From Candidatus Binatia bacterium (lineage in GTDB: Bacteria > Desulfobacterota > Binatia > HRBIN30), in assembly GCA_038245295.1 (NCBI GenBank), contig JBBRSP010000062.1:1-11312 (forward strand): 11,312 nt of DNA, in the 5' to 3' direction. The position numbers and the translations under genes were made by a program. Shown here piece by piece: positions 8,201-11,312 of the stretch (positions within the stretch are counted from its first letter, which is position 1; each line of letters opens with the position of its first letter). Below the pieces are notes generated by a model. The model saw nothing but the letters and a program-made list of their open reading frames with translations. It made no database searches and had not been told where the DNA came from.

Positions 8201-8455
8201 GCGGGGCAGCGCTTCGACAAAGCCATCGAGGAGGCCAAGCAGCAAGACGCGGTCATGCCGCTGCTGCGCTCCCAGCATAACCATGCGCGCCTGTTGCTCG
8301 CCCGTGGGCGGCCACGCGATCGTGGTGTCGCCGGCAAGCTGGTCGGCGAGGCCCTCGATCTGTCGCAACGCTACGGCATTCCGGCGTTCCACGAGCGCCT
8401 GAGCCGCCTGCAGGAGCGCGCCCAGACGGCTCCCCGACGTCGCGGCGGTTCGTGA
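5285..8455 (+). CDS. Transcriptional regulator: OmpR/PhoB-type winged helix + STAND (AAA_16-like) ATPase + TPR-like helical repeats, 1056 aa
   Basis: N-terminal Trans_reg_C pattern (VEPKVFDLLLYLIEHRDRVVPKDELFDTLWP...RLRRAL...IRTFHRHGYRF). YLGREQEL, Walker A GDAGIGKS (5777-5800), Walker B LVLVFDDLHWAD (6119-6154), YRFTHALLRETLY, then an Ala/Leu/Arg-rich helical C-terminal half. Confidence 0.95.
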   Translation: MVYSFSTFDVDAAGRELRHDGKVVEVEPKVFDLLLYLIEHRDRVVPKDELFDTLWPNVVVAPAALTSCVTRLRRALAESNASAETIRTFHRHGYRFIATLNADGAIAAPTHPPLPEVRPTAVPRTNPSEPYLGREQELTQVRGMIESLMAAAASGQRPQALFLRGDAGIGKSRTLDEAVRYAAECGAEVLMARCYEGEGAGGFWPWVRILRACAQQREIHSFALLAGGGAAEIARVVPSLREILPALPTLDGRSGDEARAPFFDAVTNLLANAAATRPLVLVFDDLHWADAASLLLLQFVIHEMPNAPLLILGAYRPIEAEAPHPLAVLLAALQREERCQVVTLGPLAADAAYAMLRSLAGADVDVAIATKIIETTERNPLFIGEYWRDLVERGAVQLYGARWAGSSAGEPSRVPDGVKALIGRRLHGLSSICTEHLTLAAVAGREFTFDLLLAATRAAREVLLDSLDEGIDAHVIVDANDVVGRYRFTHALLRETLYESLSVMRRAEWHARVGNALLELGAAESEEGQPDLAYHLVQAAAAGNTDIAIEHARRAAERSTAVLAYEDAVRWFERALSVFEGRPVRGDGAAARRMRSDILLALGEACDRSGEGERARRLFYEVANLSREDGDAERLARAVLGLTTRWTFDDPQLITLLKAALAAVGESELRIPLLGRLAIALYQKPDTAERRAALCDEALTSARRTRAATVIANALADNLGGLWHTSNVRQQLQWAEEIAELAPQTGDPRLALTADVWRIVALLGLGQIRAADAVLSQFSVSVAAARLPTFRWYATYLEAGLHLVRGRLADAERTMQEAFALGQRISESGALYVYRGQLFALRREQGRLAELEVAFTAGAIDPGNLNVIRWPIPYFFSELGRDEQARAIFAAAAADGFADVPPENARNTRLSALSGYAEVCGNLAARESAGRLYEMLEPYDGLWAVLGWGAVTTTAVKQSLAVLAGVLGRWDEAGQRFDKAIEEAKQQDAVMPLLRSQHNHARLLLARGRPRDRGVAGKLVGEALDLSQRYGIPAFHERLSRLQERAQTAPRRRGGS

Positions 8456-8916
8456 ACGGCCGCGCAAGGTGCGCCCATCTGCGGCACCGCCGAAACCGAT
8501 CGAATCGAGGGACGAGGCAATGAGAGCATCCCGCTCTGCAATAGCGCCCCCCGGCCTTCGACCGCTCAGGACATTCTATCGGACGTAGCGCCGCTGAGGC
8601 CGCGCCTAAGCCGGAGGAAGCTCAGGATTCCATCGAAACTTGCCGCTAATCGCTAAGATTCCCCTGCGATTTCAAGGGCCGGTTGCGCGGATCGCCGAAA
8701 AACATTGAGTTTGCGTGCGTAGGGTAAGCCATCCCGACCGTCGAGAGTTCGTCCTGGGGCTTCCTGGTGCGTCACAGGGAGGGGTGGCATCGGCCAAATC
8801 TGACCTCCTGAGCATTTGCCATGGCGCGGCTTGGCGCGGTGGGGGGCAGCGCGCATCGAAACCCCGAACCCCGCACGAGAACAGGCGATCCAGAAGCGGC
8901 CGCTCGATGAGCAGCA

Positions 8917-9554
8917 TTACTGTCCGCTCGCCCGCATCGTGATCGGCACCGTCGCCGCCGCACTCTTCAATCCGGTCTTGTCGGTGACGGTGACCGAGAA
9001 GGTAAAGACTGTTTGCCGGCAGGGTGTCTGCGGGCAAGTGAATGCGCCGAAGTGAAGCACGACGTTGTCGTGGCCGATCGGCGAGAAGGAATCACTGCTC
9101 ACTTCCGATGGTGCCTCGCTCGGTGATTGACCCGTCATGCGCCAACTGGTGGTGTCGCCATTGGCATCGGTGAAGCTGAACTGTGTGGTGAACGATTCAC
9201 CAAGGGAGACCGTGCACTGCGGTGCGCCGTTGCACGTGAAGCTCGTAACGACGGGTGCGTTTGGATTGCCGGCTACCGGTGTCGGCGTTGGTGCGCCGAG
9301 GGAAGTTGGCGTGCGTGTCGGCGAGGGTAGTTGGCTTGTTGCGGGCGTCGGCGTGCTGATCGTGGCTGTTGGTGTCCCGCCAACCACACATTGGCCGGCA
9401 CGAACAACCGTGCCGCGCGTCGCGGCGTTGTTTGCCGGGTTGGTGTCAGCCGCGTAGTCGACCTCGAACGTTGTCGTTACGCCGGGAAAGCTTCCGTGCA
9501 GACGGCCGCGGTGAGCCGAAACGTGCCGGCTCTCCCCGCACCAATCGGTGCCGG
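8917..9554 (-). pseudogene. 5'-truncated, frameshifted surface-protein gene: end of a DUF11-like domain, PT linker, Cys-containing Ig-like C-terminal domain
   Basis: Joining the 9477..9683 frame (PAPIGAGRAGTFRLTAAVCTEAF) to the 8917..9582 frame (PGVTTTFEVDYAADTNPANNAAT) by a -1 shift at ~9489-9483 gives a continuous DUF11-like C-terminal half. There is no signal peptide or credible start upstream. Confidence 0.65.
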
Positions 9555-9683
9555 ATCTCGGCTTCGACGCCAGCCCGAACACTGAGAATGAGGGGAGCGG
9601 GACTCCCCCGTTTGGGGGTGACTATCGACGCGGTGCAGCAGTCCAGACAAAAGTGGCCGATCCTCGCTCCCTGCGGCCGACAA

Positions 9684-9813
9684 ATCGTACCACGATGTTT
9701 TGAGCCGGACTACGATATACCCCCAGGGTGAATCGGGGGAAACCCTTACCGGCGGCGGCTGCTCTCGTATGACAGTCTCACGAGGTCCAGTCGTAAATAG
9801 ATCGTTATACGAT
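9684..9813. promoter_or_regulatory. Two copies of the dyad ATCGT-N3-ACGAT (candidate transcription-factor sites)
   Basis: ATCGT-ACC-ACGAT at 9684-9696 and ATCGT-TAT-ACGAT at 9801-9813. The second lies in the AT-rich tract ~9790-9835. Confidence 0.5.
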
Positions 9814-9991
9814 ACTTAAAAGAAAAAACTTTCTTCCCGTGCGGGCGGCAGTCGGAGAACCTTATGGCGCATCGTCGGCCAACTGGTCGTGTGGCGATGA
9901 CGGTTCGCGCAATTTGGATTTTGCGTTTCGCCACGTCGCATGGCTCGGATTGTTTTGGCCAGAGCTGGCTTGGTCGAAAGCGCCTCCGACG

Positions 9992-10008
9992 TTGGCACGC
10001 AATCCGCT
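9992..10008 (+). promoter_or_regulatory. sigma54 (-24/-12) promoter
   Basis: TTGGCACGCAATCCGCT has a perfect TGGCACG and exact GG-N10-GC spacing (GG 9994-9995, GC 10006-10007), but the -12 box is CCGC rather than TTGC. Dyad CGCAA-N8-TTGCG (9908-9925) lies ~100 bp upstream of the predicted start. Confidence 0.65.
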
Positions 10009-10053
10009 TCACTCGAACGCGCAACGGCGGCCAGCGAACAATGAGGGGCACTC

Positions 10054-10179
10054 ATGACGACGGCACCAGAAACACGGCTCACTCGCGCGACGCGACGCGG
10101 TTCTCGCAAAAGTGAAATGGCAATGTTGACAGTCGCGCTGTCAGTGTGGGAGAGGCGCATGTGTAACACGGGGCAATAG
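10054..10179 (+). CDS. Possible 41-aa small ORF or leader (MTTAPETRLTRATRRGSRKSEMAMLTVALSVWERRMCNTGQ)
   Basis: SD-like GAGGGG 5 nt before the ATG at 10054, ~35 nt downstream of the predicted sigma54 start; TAG at 10177-10179. No recognisable family. Confidence 0.35.
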   Translation: MTTAPETRLTRATRRGSRKSEMAMLTVALSVWERRMCNTGQ

Positions 10180-10206
10180 GGGCACCGCGGCTCACAACTG
10201 CGGTCC

Positions 10207-10226
10207 GAGCGTTAGACGCTCATTTT
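10207..10226 (+). terminator. Weak intrinsic terminator-like hairpin
   Basis: GAGCGT-TAG-ACGCTC followed by ATTTT, located between the small ORF and the next gene. Confidence 0.3.
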
Positions 10227-10285
10227 GGACGTAACAGATAGACAGAGCTCTTAAGCGCCTGCGCTTCGGAGCAGGGGGTAATCCC

Positions 10286-11312
10286 ATGACACAGAGGACT
10301 CTCGCAGTACTCGGTGCGGCCGGTCGTTTTTCAAGCGTTCGTCAGACCCGCTTGGGGATGAGGCGAACCGCTCTAGACGTCGTTCATCGATCTGCGAGAC
10401 GGTTGGGGTTCCTCCTGGGGCTTTCGCTCCTGGCGGTTGCGGTGCCGGCCGCGTCTTGGGCGGTGAACTGCGCGGTTGAGCCCAACAATCTCGTGGCCAA
10501 CCCGGGGTTTGAAGACAATCCCATGTATGGCCCGAGCTGGACTCTGACGACCACTAGCGGGTCCTCCTTCGTCAACAGCTTGAACATCGGCGACATCACC
10601 CCCTTCAGGTCATCGCTGACCAATCCAGGCAGTGATGTGACGGTGTCGCAGGCCCTGACAACCACGGCTAATCAGTCGTACACGGCGAAAGCATATGTGA
10701 GTGCCTCGACGGTCAATGTCGCGGTGACTGTCTACTGGGATGGTTCGGCTGTCCTCAGTACGAACGTTCTGGCAGGCGCCGGGTACACACTGCTGGCCGT
10801 GCAGCACTTGTCGGCGAGCACCGGATCAACTCCGTTGGCAATTCAGATCGTGACTGGCGGTGATGCGGCGCTTCTCGACGACATCAGTGTTCAGACGGAG
10901 TGCGACAACGGCATCCTCTGCGACGGCGACGACCTCTGCATCAGCAACTCATGCACGAACGTCGGACCCAATCTGGTCAGCGGGACGGCCTGCGTCGACG
11001 ACGGGAACCCGTGCTCTCTCGATCAATGCGACGGCAGCGGCGCCTGCGGCCACCCCGCCGGTAATCCAGGAGCCCTGTGCCGCGCGGCGGCCGACGTTTG
11101 CGACATCGCGGCGACTTGCACGGGTGCCAGCACCACCTGCCCACCGAACGGCTTCGTCGCGGGCGGTACCGAGTGTCGCGCGTCGGCCGGCGTCTGTGAC
11201 CTGGCGGAAGCCTGCACTGGCAGCAGCGCAGCTTGCCCAGGCGATGTCTTCAAATCAGCGGCCACCGAGTGCCGTGCTGTAGCCGGCACCTGTGACGTGG
11301 CCGAAAACTGCA
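10286..11312 (+). CDS. Secreted protein with CBM4/9- or DUF642-like domain and tandem disintegrin-like Cys-rich repeats (3' partial; absent from the ORF track)
   Basis: Manual translation is open from ATG 10286 (alternative ATG 10358) to the window end. Signal peptide RRLGFLLGLSLLAVAVPAASWA|VN. Jelly-roll signature NLVANPGFE...VSQ...YT....LDDISV (10487-10891). CVDDGNPCSLDQC, then CRAAADVCDIAATCTGASTTCP / CRASAGVCDLAEACTGSSAACPGDVF / CRAVAGTCDVAENC. Confidence 0.9.
   Translation, partial: MTQRTLAVLGAAGRFSSVRQTRLGMRRTALDVVHRSARRLGFLLGLSLLAVAVPAASWAVNCAVEPNNLVANPGFEDNPMYGPSWTLTTTSGSSFVNSLNIGDITPFRSSLTNPGSDVTVSQALTTTANQSYTAKAYVSASTVNVAVTVYWDGSAVLSTNVLAGAGYTLLAVQHLSASTGSTPLAIQIVTGGDAALLDDISVQTECDNGILCDGDDLCISNSCTNVGPNLVSGTACVDDGNPCSLDQCDGSGACGHPAGNPGALCRAAADVCDIAATCTGASTTCPPNGFVAGGTECRASAGVCDLAEACTGSSAACPGDVFKSAATECRAVAGTCDVAENC
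11078..11312 (+). repeat. 96-bp (32-aa) period disintegrin-like repeats, at least 2.4 copies
   Basis: The 'CR' Cys codons fall at 11078, 11174 and 11270, exactly 96 nt apart. Consensus ECRA.AG.CD.AE.CTG.S..CP...F. Confidence 0.9.

Noticed and set aside
8488..8520. AAACC-GATC-GAAT-CGAGGGACG resembling a c-di-GMP-I riboswitch stem
   Set aside because: The stem does not pair, the loop is not GNRA, the CAAAGC junction is missing, and there is no downstream gene.
10126..10131. TTGACA as a sigma70 -35 box
   Set aside because: There is no -10-like hexamer at 16-18 bp spacing. It is better explained as half of the TGACAG/CTGTCA dyad.
10860..11282. 140-aa ORF from the track (and 11023..11289 on the minus strand)
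   Set aside because: Out-of-frame shadows of the real Cys-rich frame starting at 10286.

Overview
GC-rich bacterial accessory region. It is probably from Candidatus Binatia/Binatota, inferred only from a recalled C-terminal domain and the Pro/Thr linkers. From left to right: (1) the left end and first 15 codons of a probable IS1182-family element running off the window edge; (2) an RHH antitoxin/PIN (VapC) toxin pair with a palindromic operator over a TTGACA box; (3) a second IS-like end and a nitroreductase 3' remnant; (4) a 1283-aa secreted mosaic protein with a 7-blade FG-GAP (integrin-alpha-like) propeller, a beta-helix-like passenger, a PT linker and a ~180-aa Cys/Lys-rich C-terminal domain; (5) a 1056-aa winged-helix/STAND ATPase/TPR-like regulator; (6) a 5'-truncated, frameshifted DUF11/PT/Ig-like surface-protein gene; (7) a ~700-bp regulatory region with a sigma54-type promoter, repeated dyads and a 41-codon ORF; (8) a secreted protein absent from the ORF track because it runs off the end, with a carbohydrate-binding-like domain followed by tandem 32-aa disintegrin-like repeats. 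The main leads are the putative lineage-specific C-terminal sorting domain and the co-location of integrin-alpha-like and disintegrin-like exported proteins around a STAND regulator. All family assignments come from motif recognition by eye; no searches were run.
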